Shown: positions 34,945-42,893 of the stretch, piece after piece | Layout: each line of letters starts with the position of its first letter | How positions within the stretch are numbered: the stretch's first letter is position 1 | Assembly: GCA_038062075.1 (NCBI GenBank) | Contig: JBBTXY010000019.1 | Location: 1 to 60,687, forward strand | Length of the DNA stretch: 60,687 nucleotides | Source: Patescibacteria group bacterium | GTDB taxonomy: Bacteria; Patescibacteriota; Minisyncoccia; Phycocordibacterales; UBA2100 | Direction: 5' to 3' | Notes under the pieces: generated by a model | Seen by the model: the letters and a program-made list of their open reading frames with translations, nothing else | What the model was told of the DNA's origin: nothing | Database searches by the model: none | Program-made: the position numbers and the translations under genes

Positions 34945-35947
34945 TGCCCGGATCCGATGAAGAAAAGGTTATGTTATTGGCTCCGAAGAGGGCGACAAGC
35001 ATCAAAAATCGCTTGGTGAGCTCCTCCACACTCGCATTGTACGTCGCTATTGTATCGACGAATGCTTCATCCGTCGTCGTTTTCGCGACGTCTTCGAGTG
35101 CAAAGCCTATCGCCCGGTAGGCATTCGCGTAGGCCTTATGCATGCCCGAAGCGGCGCTCGGCACATAGTCCATCTCAACGAGACTTCTCCCGAACTCTTG
35201 CATGTCAAAGGCAAGCCGCTCAAGTGCGGCTATTTTTTGCGGGTTCGTGCGGTCTTCGACGTGGTCTTTGAGGATCTGCGCTCCTGAACGATGGGTGTCC
35301 TCGAAGTCTTTGATGTAGGTCCCGATCTGGTTGCCGTACTCGTGGAGGCTCGATTCTTGGCCGACGACGACCGTTCGTGATTCGTTTGAGGTCTTAGTGC
35401 TGATAAGGCCTTGCGGGATGAATGCAAACGCGTCAGATGTTTCCTCTACTCCTACTCCCCCGCTGGAGCTCGGGGGCTTCGTGAGAAGGGCAAGAAGTGC
35501 TGCGATGTCATCCGGTTCTTCCTCCCCTCCTTCTTGTTGGGTATCTTGGGGTTTTTTCGGGAGCGGGATGAAAGGAACCGCGTGCCCGGCGGATTGCACG
35601 TAGGTAATGTCTTCTGCGCTTGGCCGATAGGGTGCCTGGGCGCGCAAGTTGGCGAAGAACAGCCCGCCCGCCCCTCCCCACGCACCGCTTGAGTCCGCGG
35701 GGTTCACGTCCGTTCTTTGGAGGAAGAGCACGCCGCCGAAGAGGAGAAGCCCGACGATACCGATAGCGGCGGCAAGGTACGGGTGTGCGTGTATCCAGCC
35801 GGGCTTTGAAGGAGTTTCGGTAACTACTACTTCAGGCTCCTGCAGAGGCTCTACCCCCGCGATCATTTTTTGATAGTCGCCGCCTTCGTGGAGCACCATG
35901 TGCATAGTATACCCTTGTGTACCTGCAGAGCGGTGTACAATGTGCAC
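34904..35947 (-). CDS. membrane-anchored protein of unknown function; first gene of the operon (start uncertain)
   Basis: Single TM segment (YLAAAIGIVGLLLFGGVLFL), an acidic linker and a helical C-terminal domain. Alternative ATGs at 35905 and 35899. Confidence 0.4.
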   Translation of the reverse strand: MHIVHRSAGTQGYTMHMVLHEGGDYQKMIAGVEPLQEPEVVVTETPSKPGWIHAHPYLAAAIGIVGLLLFGGVLFLQRTDVNPADSSGAWGGAGGLFFANLRAQAPYRPSAEDITYVQSAGHAVPFIPLPKKPQDTQQEGGEEEPDDIAALLALLTKPPSSSGGVGVEETSDAFAFIPQGLISTKTSNESRTVVVGQESSLHEYGNQIGTYIKDFEDTHRSGAQILKDHVEDRTNPQKIAALERLAFDMQEFGRSLVEMDYVPSAASGMHKAYANAYRAIGFALEDVAKTTTDEAFVDTIATYNASVEELTKRFLMLVALFGANNITFSSSDPGSVFMFNANVSAGF

Positions 35948-36268
35948 ATGCGTGTTGCTGCTATTCCTATAATCGTCGGCGCTCTCTTGCTCGTCCTACC
36001 TTTTTCAGTATACGCATTCCCCTTTGGGGGACAGATAACGACCATTCGGCCGTGCTACAACAACGCGATCTACGTGTTTCTCTCGCCGCCGCGCGGCGGC
36101 CAATACATCTGGACGCCCGCGACGCGCACGTATCAGTTCGGGCCGCCGCGCCACGTCGGCCAGTGGCTCTTGGGGCTTGCGAGCGCTCCCTACTACTGCG
36201 TCGTCTCCATTTTCCCGCTTATCGTCTGGCCGGGGACGAACATCGACATGATGGGCAGCAGCCAGTAA
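35948..36268 (+). CDS. small secreted 2-Cys protein of unknown function, divergent from the operon
   Basis: The start is taken at MRVAAIPIIVGALLLVLPFSVYA (signal peptide). The mature part is about 80 aa. Confidence 0.45.
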   Translation: MRVAAIPIIVGALLLVLPFSVYAFPFGGQITTIRPCYNNAIYVFLSPPRGGQYIWTPATRTYQFGPPRHVGQWLLGLASAPYYCVVSIFPLIVWPGTNIDMMGSSQ

Positions 36269-36269
36269 T

Positions 36270-36628
36270 CAAAGAGTGCCTTCGCACTTTTTGATACGGA
36301 GCTGCTGAGACGGAGACATGTTTCGCCAGCAGGCGAAACAGTCGAGTCGGGGTCGCGGAAATTTCCGAGCGGCGGCGAGGAAATTATCTGTGACCAAGCA
36401 GTAACAAACAGTGCCTTCGCACTGTTTTGTACGGCGAACTCGGGCGGAGCGATGTTTTTGCCAGCAGGCAAAAACCGCGAGCCGTGGGTGAGGCGCGGGT
36501 TAAGGAGCGCCGCAAGGACGGAGCGCGACGGCGCGAGGCGGGGTCGCGCAGCTTTTCAGCAGAAAAAGCATGCGTGACAGGAAATTTTTTCGTAGCGACG
36601 AAAAAATTATCCGTGCCTAGCCAGTAAC
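36270..36628. repeat. two tandem, diverged copies of a three-hairpin element (unit 1 36270-36405, unit 2 36406-36628)
   Basis: Shared blocks: AGTGCCTTCGCACT (36275-36288 and 36410-36423), GTTT(T)(C/T)GCCAGCAGGC..AAAC (36320-36339 and 36454-36475), CGGGGTCGCG, a GGAAATT hairpin (36360-36385 and 36583-36608), and ATTATC(T/C)GTG..AGC(C)AGTAAC. Confidence 0.6.
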
Positions 36629-37396
36629 TTTCAGCTGCCTTGTCAGGCACTTCCACTTTTCCAGCAGGACGTCCTCTGCGCGTGATTTTTGCGGGAGATC
36701 ACATGTCGCAAGCAACGCCTCGGGATTTTTCATCACTTTTTTCAGATTGTTTGCAAGAAACTTCCTTTTCGAAGCGAATCCGGCGCGTATCACGTTGAAG
36801 AAAGCTTCTTCTGACACGTCCTTGAAAAAATTTCTCGAGACATTCTCAATGAGGAGGATCGCTGAATCGACGCGCGGGGGCGGATTGAAACAACTGCGCG
36901 GGACCCGTGCGACGATTGATGGAGTCCCGTATGCTTTTACCGAGAGCGAGAGGATGCTCTCCTTCCCATCACGGGCGATGATGCGCTCGGCAACTTCCTT
37001 TTGGATGAGGAGCGCGATCGCGCGCGGCTGTTTCTGCGCTGTAAGGAAGTGCTTGATGATCTCGCCGGTGATGTAGTAAGGAATGTTCGCCGCGACGGCA
37101 TACGAATCGAGACCGAGTTTCTCTGGAGTTATGTCGCGGATATCCCCCTCGACGACCTTCAATTTCCCTTCCGTGATTTCCATCTTAAACGTTTTCTGCA
37201 GAGTAGACACCAGTATCGGATCTTTCTCGATCGCGACGACGTGAGCGCCGTGCGCGAGCAGTTGTTTGGTAAGTGCACCTTTTCCCGGTCCTACTTCCAC
37301 GACAGTTTCGCTAGGGTGCAGAGCCGCGTTCTTTACAAGCTCGCGCGCGACCCATGGGGCGTTCAGGAAATGCTGGCCGAATCGTGCCCCGCGCAT
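36617..37396 (-). CDS. rsmA: 16S rRNA (adenine1518/1519-N6)-dimethyltransferase
   Basis: FGQHFL, VVEVGPGKGALT and ANIPYYIT motifs. Confidence 0.9.
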   Translation of the reverse strand: MRGARFGQHFLNAPWVARELVKNAALHPSETVVEVGPGKGALTKQLLAHGAHVVAIEKDPILVSTLQKTFKMEITEGKLKVVEGDIRDITPEKLGLDSYAVAANIPYYITGEIIKHFLTAQKQPRAIALLIQKEVAERIIARDGKESILSLSVKAYGTPSIVARVPRSCFNPPPRVDSAILLIENVSRNFFKDVSEEAFFNVIRAGFASKRKFLANNLKKVMKNPEALLATCDLPQKSRAEDVLLEKWKCLTRQLKVTG

Positions 37397-37398
37397 AG

Positions 37399-39321
37399 TC
37401 AGCGGATGACGCGCTCGAATGTCTCCGGAAGTGCATGGGAGATAAGCCGCGGATCGATATCGTCGAGAAATTCCGAGGGAGTCGTGAGTTCGCGCGTCCC
37501 GTAGCGCAGGCGGCTCTCGGCGAGCGTGAGGTAGAGATGCAGGCGCGCACGGGTGAGTGCCACATAAAAAAGGCGACGTTCTTCCTCCGGGTCGCGTCCG
37601 CCGGCTGACGAGTCGTCCTCGTGCTCTGAAGGAAAAAGTCCCTGCTCGAGGCCGGTCACGAAGACCACATCAAATTCAAGGCCCTTTGATGCATGCACGG
37701 TCATAAGGGAGATTGCCTCGTGGCGCTCTTCGAGCGCATCCTGCTCGCTCATCAAGGCCGCGTCCTCGAGCAGACACTCGATGCCCTCCAAGGGCGGCAG
37801 TGCGTCGTAGCGCATGGCGTGGGCAACGAGCTCGTAGATGTTGGCGAGTCGTTCCTTCTCTTCGTCGCCGCCTTCCGCAAGCGCAGTCTCGAAGCCGCTT
37901 TCTTTGAGGATGAACCGCAGCGTCTCCGACGGGCGCATGGTGTGCGCTACGCCCTCAATTCGCCTGAGGAGTTCTCGGAAGAGTGCGATTTTCGCCCGCG
38001 CGGCGGGAGAGAGCATGGCTTCATGCCCCGCAGCGATTTTGTCCAACGTTGTCTTTCCGATGCCGCGCGATGGAGCCCCTGCCGCGCGGGCGAAGTCGGT
38101 AAAGCTCGCAGGATTAAGGGCTGCACGCAGGTAGGAGAGCACGTCTTTCACCTCCGCGCGGTCAAAGAACCGCACGCCCAAGACACGATACGGGATGCCT
38201 TCGGCGATGCACGCCTCTTCGAGCGCGCGCGATTGGAAGTTCTCGCGGAAGAGGACCGCGACCTCCGAAGCCTTCACGCCCGATGCGAGGAGTTCGCGCG
38301 CAGTTTTGGCGACGTAGCGGGCCTCATCGCGCTCGCTTCTCCCCGCAAAGAGCGTGATAGCCTCGCCGGTTCCATTGCTCGTGAAAAGCTTTTTAGGAAT
38401 GCGATTCACATTCTTCTCGATAATGGCGTTCGCAGCAGTAAGGATGGTCTGCGTTGAGCGGTAGTTCTGCTCCAAGAGAACAGTTTTCGTTCTCGGGAAA
38501 ATCCGCTCAAATGAGAGCAGGTTTTCCATCCGTGCGCCGCGCCAGCTGTAAATGAGTTGGTCGAGGTCGGCGACTGCACAGATGTTTTGACTCTTGCCAG
38601 TAAGAAGACGGGCGATATCATACTGCACGTTGTTCGTATCCTGGTACTCATCGATCGTAAGGTGCCGCCACCGGTCTTGGATTTTTGACAGCACATCTGG
38701 TTTTTGCGCGAGCAGGAGCAGGGTGCGCAGAAGAAGATCATCAAAATCCAAGGCCCCCTCTGTGGCAAGCGCTTGCTCGTACTTTTCCCACATCTCCGCA
38801 ATGGATTCCTCGTAGAAAGAAGAAGCCTGATCCCTGAAGCGCTCGACGGTAACACCATCCCCCTTCTCTCTGGAGATACGCCCGATGACTTGCTTCGGAG
38901 GGAAACGGTTCCCCAGATCGGCGGCACTCAGGATTCTCTTCAGAGCCCGGGTACTGTCATCGCGGTCCCAGATGGCGAATGAGCGTGGCACTCCCGCTTC
39001 TTGCGCGAATTCGCGCAGCAGCCGTACCCCGAGCGAGTGAAAGGTGGTGATGAGCGGTACACTGCTTACCCTCTCTTCCTTGAGGAGGTTCAGGATGCGT
39101 TCGCGCATCTCCGCAGCTGCTTTGTTCGTGAAGGTGACCGCGAGGATGGCAGACGGGCGAGTGCCGGAGGCTATGAGGTGGGCGATGCGGTGGGTGATGG
39201 TTTTGGTCTTTCCGGCACCTGCCCCAGCAATGATAAGGAGAGGGCCCGTGAGATGTTCGACCGCCTCTTTTTGCGCTCTGTTAAGCCCTTCTAAGTGTCT
39301 CACCGGTAGACTATACCACAT
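37399..39321 (-). CDS. UvrD/PcrA-family ATP-dependent DNA helicase
   Basis: LIIAGAGAGKTKT Walker A, TFTNKAAAEM, TIDEYQDTN, LEQNYRS and VHASKGLEF motifs. Confidence 0.9.
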   Translation of the reverse strand: MWYSLPVRHLEGLNRAQKEAVEHLTGPLLIIAGAGAGKTKTITHRIAHLIASGTRPSAILAVTFTNKAAAEMRERILNLLKEERVSSVPLITTFHSLGVRLLREFAQEAGVPRSFAIWDRDDSTRALKRILSAADLGNRFPPKQVIGRISREKGDGVTVERFRDQASSFYEESIAEMWEKYEQALATEGALDFDDLLLRTLLLLAQKPDVLSKIQDRWRHLTIDEYQDTNNVQYDIARLLTGKSQNICAVADLDQLIYSWRGARMENLLSFERIFPRTKTVLLEQNYRSTQTILTAANAIIEKNVNRIPKKLFTSNGTGEAITLFAGRSERDEARYVAKTARELLASGVKASEVAVLFRENFQSRALEEACIAEGIPYRVLGVRFFDRAEVKDVLSYLRAALNPASFTDFARAAGAPSRGIGKTTLDKIAAGHEAMLSPAARAKIALFRELLRRIEGVAHTMRPSETLRFILKESGFETALAEGGDEEKERLANIYELVAHAMRYDALPPLEGIECLLEDAALMSEQDALEERHEAISLMTVHASKGLEFDVVFVTGLEQGLFPSEHEDDSSAGGRDPEEERRLFYVALTRARLHLYLTLAESRLRYGTRELTTPSEFLDDIDPRLISHALPETFERVIR

Positions 39322-39484
39322 GGGGGCGGCTCCTTGACCAATGCGTTATCCCCCGGCGTAATCTATTCTGTATTGACTCAAAATCACCCGGGAGGATACA
39401 GTTGAAGGCGGTGGTAGCTGACAATCCTGTCTGGCCTGTGTCTTGAAAAAACAAGATGTAGAGCCATATTTTCCTGAACATCCT

Positions 39485-39585
39485 GCTAAGAACCACCGAA
39501 AAATGGCTTGAAACCTTGCTTGAGACGAAAGGGTCCCCCGTACGGTCCTGAAATCCTTGGAGGAGGCAAAGCCACTAACTTAAGC
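39485..39585 (+). ncRNA. candidate structured 5' leader (possibly c-di-AMP / ydaO-yuaA-like riboswitch) upstream of the LysM-M23 peptidase
   Basis: An enclosing helix pairs GCUAAG (39485-39490) with CUUAAGC (39579-39585). The block CUGAAAUCCUUGGAGGAGGCAAAGCCACUAACUUAAGC resembles my recollection of the ydaO 3' half. The 5' half matches poorly and strand assignment is uncertain. Confidence 0.25.
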
Positions 39586-39629
39586 ATATTTCTATTGCAG
39601 AACAGGATCTCCATGCACGCATTCGTGCG

Positions 39630-40670
39630 GTGCAGGGAGTGAAAGATCGTGAACATATTCCCGTGGGGGCGATTGCTCTGATGCTTCTTCTTTCTATTGT
39701 CGTTACCCCCTTCCAGGCACATGCGAGGGTCTTTGACGAGATACAGACGTGGTTCTCAAGTAGAGCTGAAGCGTCGGTTACGAGTAGCATCCAGAGCGTT
39801 CAGACGATGCCGCTCCCGAAGCCTGCCATGAACATCAACCCTCATCCCGCGAAAGGTGGCGGCGACGTTGTCATCGTTAAAGGCGAGGCGGTTGTGCCGG
39901 AAGAAGGGCCGGCAGGCACTATCGCCGATATCGTGCGGCCGAAGAACTCTGAGATCAGCATTTACGTGGTCCGCGAGGGCGATACGCTCTCCCAGATAGC
40001 GGAAATGTTCGAAGTGTCGGTGAATACCATTCGATGGGCAAACGATATTCCGCCAAGCGGCACTATCCGCGTCGGGCAGACGCTCACGATCCTGCCGATC
40101 ACCAGTGTCAGGCACATGGTCAAGAAGGGTGACACGGTGGCTGCTATCGCAAAGCGCTATGATGCGGATGCGAATGAGATAGTCAATTATAACAAGATCG
40201 AAGGGGCACTTGTTGTGGGGAGCGAGATCATCATCCCTAACGGTGAAATCGCAGCTGCTCCCGCGCCTGCAGCGAAGGCAAAGATACCGGCGGTTTCTTC
40301 GGGCAGTTCATCGGTATCGTACGCCGGCTACTACCTGCGCCCTATTGTTGGGGGCTCACGCACGCAGGGAATTCATGGCTATAACAGCGTCGATCTTGCG
40401 GCACCTCTCGGCACGCCGGTTCTGGCATCCGCGGCTGGTGACGTCATTGTGGCGCGGCAGGGCGGCTGGAATGGCGGGTACGGTTCGTATGTCGTCATAC
40501 GGCATGACAATGGCACGCAGACACTGTATTCACACGAGTCTTCCGTGATCGTGGGCGTCGGCGAGCGTGTCGTGCAGGGGCAGGTTATCGGCTATGTGGG
40601 CCAGAGCGGCAAGGCGACGGGACCACACGTCCACTTCGAGATCCGCGGAGGACCACGAAATCCATTTTAA
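39630..40670 (+). CDS. LysM-domain M23-family peptidoglycan metallopeptidase
   Basis: Signal peptide, two LysM repeats (YVVREGDTLSQIAEMF..., HMVKKGDTVAAIAKRY...) and M23 motifs (HGYNSVDLAAP...GPHVHFEIR). GTG start. Confidence 0.85.
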   Translation: MQGVKDREHIPVGAIALMLLLSIVVTPFQAHARVFDEIQTWFSSRAEASVTSSIQSVQTMPLPKPAMNINPHPAKGGGDVVIVKGEAVVPEEGPAGTIADIVRPKNSEISIYVVREGDTLSQIAEMFEVSVNTIRWANDIPPSGTIRVGQTLTILPITSVRHMVKKGDTVAAIAKRYDADANEIVNYNKIEGALVVGSEIIIPNGEIAAAPAPAAKAKIPAVSSGSSSVSYAGYYLRPIVGGSRTQGIHGYNSVDLAAPLGTPVLASAAGDVIVARQGGWNGGYGSYVVIRHDNGTQTLYSHESSVIVGVGERVVQGQVIGYVGQSGKATGPHVHFEIRGGPRNPF

Positions 40671-40673
40671 GGT

Positions 40674-40800
40674 ATGAATCCCGTTAGAAATCGCGGACGC
40701 ACGAAGTACATATTCGATATTCAGGTCGGGCTTAATCGCCGTAATCAAGTGTGGTGCGGAAACTCCAACTTGTCCGCGTCCTATTTCTAACGGGATGAAT
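40674..40800. repeat. inverted-repeat-bounded element with CCCGTTAGAA termini and flanking ATGAAT direct repeats
   Basis: Left IR 40680-40698 (CCCGTTAGAAATCGCGGAC) and right IR 40772-40794 (GTCCGCGtcctATTTCTAACGGG). ATGAAT occurs at 40674-40679 and 40795-40800. Confidence 0.45.
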
Positions 40801-40844
40801 CTCCAATTCGTCGTCCAGTTCATTCTGGCACTTCGTTATTTTTT

Positions 40845-42392
40845 CTAGACCAGTTCGCGTGTGCGATACTGCAAAGCCTCCAGCATGTGCGGAGGCTCGA
40901 TAATTTCTGAAACAGCAAGGTCAGCAATGGTGCGGGCGAGTTTGATGGTGCGGTGATAGCCGCGCGGGGAGAGACGCATGCGCGTTGCGGCCTCGATGAG
41001 CGCGGCCTCGGCTTTGTCGGAGAGTTCCGCAAAGGCTTCAATGTCTCTCGCACGCATGTCGGCATTTGTACTGAGCTTTTTATTGTTTTTGAATCGCGTT
41101 CGCTGGATCTCACGAGCGCGCTCGATGCGCTCGCGCGCCTTTTCTGTTTCTCCTCCTGCTCGCTTCCCGCGCGACGAAAGTGATTCGAGCGGCATTTCAG
41201 GCACCGTGACCCACATATCGATCCTGTCGGCGATGGGGCCGGAGATTTTTCGCCGGTATTTCTCCACGATGTGCGGCATACACTCACAGCGCGGCGTTCC
41301 CCAGAAGCCGCAGGGGCAAGGGTTTAAGGCGGCGATGAGCATGAAATTCGCGGGGAATGTTGCCGAGCTCTTCGAGCGCGCGATGGAGACAACGCCGTCT
41401 TCCAATGGCTCGCGCAAGGCCTGAATGACGTCGCGGTGGAATTCGGGGAATTCGTCGAGGAAAAGGACGCCGCGATGCGCAAGCGTTGCCTCGCCGGGGC
41501 GCACCGTTCCGCCCGAGCCGCCGCCGATCAAGGATGCGTATGAGGAGGTGTGGTGCGGGCTGCGCAAAGGCGGGCGGAACACCGCGTCTCTCTGGAGGAC
41601 ACCGGCAAGCGAGTGAATGGTAGTCACCTCGATCGTCTCCTCGTCAGTGAGGTCGGGAAGAATGGAGGCTGCTGCGCGTGCGAGCATGGTCTTTCCTGTT
41701 CCCGGCGGGCCGTAGAGCGCGATGTTGTGCCGCCCCGCGGCTGCGATCTCAAGGCCGCGTTTCGCACTCTCTTGCCCCCTGATCTCGTCGAGTGCTGGCT
41801 CGGTGTCGGTGTGGCGGGGACGCTTGCGCGGCTTGAAAATCGTATCAGCGTCTCCCCGGAGTGCTGCAACGGTCGCTTCGAGGCTTGTAAGAGGGTGGGT
41901 ATGCAGGCCTCCAACGAGGGATGCCTCTTCGGCGTTCTCTTCCGGGATATAGAGATCGGTGAATCCGCGTTCGCGGGCTGCCGCAGCAATGGAGAGCGTG
42001 CCGCGAATACCGCGCACTTCGCCATCAAGCGCAAGTTCCCCTGCAAAGAGCTTTCCCTTTGGATCGAAGCGCACCTGTTCGGAGGCGAGGAGAAACGAGA
42101 GCGCAAGCGGCACGTCGAAAACCGCCCCTTCCTTTTTCAAGGCTGCGGGGGCGAGCGAGAGTACGATCTTTTTGTTGCTGCGCTTGGGCGATTCGAGCCC
42201 GCTATTTTTGATCGCCGAGGCGATGCGATCTTTCGCTTCCTCGACCGATTTATCAGGAAGTCCCACGATCGAGAACGCATGCAAGCCCTTCACGATGTCG
42301 CACTCGACGGAGACGACCGTTGCATGTGGAAGCGCCGGTTGTGCGCCGAAAACGCGCGCGAATCCGGAGGCAATGGTCTGCTTATGAGCCAC
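40845..42392 (-). CDS. YifB/ComM-family Mg-chelatase-like AAA+ ATPase
   Basis: Lon-protease-like N-domain, GPPGTGKTM Walker A, LFLDEFPEF, and the C-terminal helical domain typical of ComM/YifB. Confidence 0.9.
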   Translation of the reverse strand: MAHKQTIASGFARVFGAQPALPHATVVSVECDIVKGLHAFSIVGLPDKSVEEAKDRIASAIKNSGLESPKRSNKKIVLSLAPAALKKEGAVFDVPLALSFLLASEQVRFDPKGKLFAGELALDGEVRGIRGTLSIAAAARERGFTDLYIPEENAEEASLVGGLHTHPLTSLEATVAALRGDADTIFKPRKRPRHTDTEPALDEIRGQESAKRGLEIAAAGRHNIALYGPPGTGKTMLARAAASILPDLTDEETIEVTTIHSLAGVLQRDAVFRPPLRSPHHTSSYASLIGGGSGGTVRPGEATLAHRGVLFLDEFPEFHRDVIQALREPLEDGVVSIARSKSSATFPANFMLIAALNPCPCGFWGTPRCECMPHIVEKYRRKISGPIADRIDMWVTVPEMPLESLSSRGKRAGGETEKARERIERAREIQRTRFKNNKKLSTNADMRARDIEAFAELSDKAEAALIEAATRMRLSPRGYHRTIKLARTIADLAVSEIIEPPHMLEALQYRTRELV

Positions 42393-42417
42393 CCGCGTAT
42401 TGTACTATGCGCGCTTC

Positions 42418-42765
42418 CTAGATGTTCGCCATCGCGGCAGGATTCGCGCGCAGGCGCTTCACGTCAATAGGATTACCGTTCTCGTCGATACCGTAGGTTC
42501 CTTCGTCCATCCGCTTAAGGGCCGCGACGATCTCTTTGTAGCGCTTCTCAAGTTCTTCGACAAGCGGGACGTTCACGGACAACTCTTCCATCTTGTCCGC
42601 CGCGTCGATCTGATCGGCTTCTTCTGTTTCGAATCCTGCCGGCGTTCCCTGCCAGTCGCCGTTCACCTTGCGGCCGTGCTCGGCGAGCTCGTCTTCAAGC
42701 GATGCTTTTTCGGCATCGAGTGCGGCGCGCAGTTCTTCCAACTCTTCGGACGTTAAGTGGTTCAT
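42418..42765 (-). CDS. DksA/TraR-like coiled-coil protein lacking the Cys4 zinc finger
   Basis: The start is taken at MNHLTSEELEELRAALD. Acidic coiled coil plus a ...MDEGTYGIDENGNPI segment, with no Cys residues. Weak call. Confidence 0.3.
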   Translation of the reverse strand: MNHLTSEELEELRAALDAEKASLEDELAEHGRKVNGDWQGTPAGFETEEADQIDAADKMEELSVNVPLVEELEKRYKEIVAALKRMDEGTYGIDENGNPIDVKRLRANPAAMANI

Positions 42766-42893
42766 GCGAAGTATGATACACGATTGGATGTTACTGCCAA
42801 GTACAGGTGAGCCACTAGCCATTAGCCACTCGCAATTAGGAAAATTCAAATGCGTCTGGATTTCCCTCGTGGCTAATGGCTAACTATCTATCC

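Noticed and set aside
40530-40823. 97-aa minus-strand ORF between the M23 and comM genes.
   Set aside because: It is entirely composed of the inverted-repeat element and its flanks. It has no recognisable family and no ribosome-binding context.
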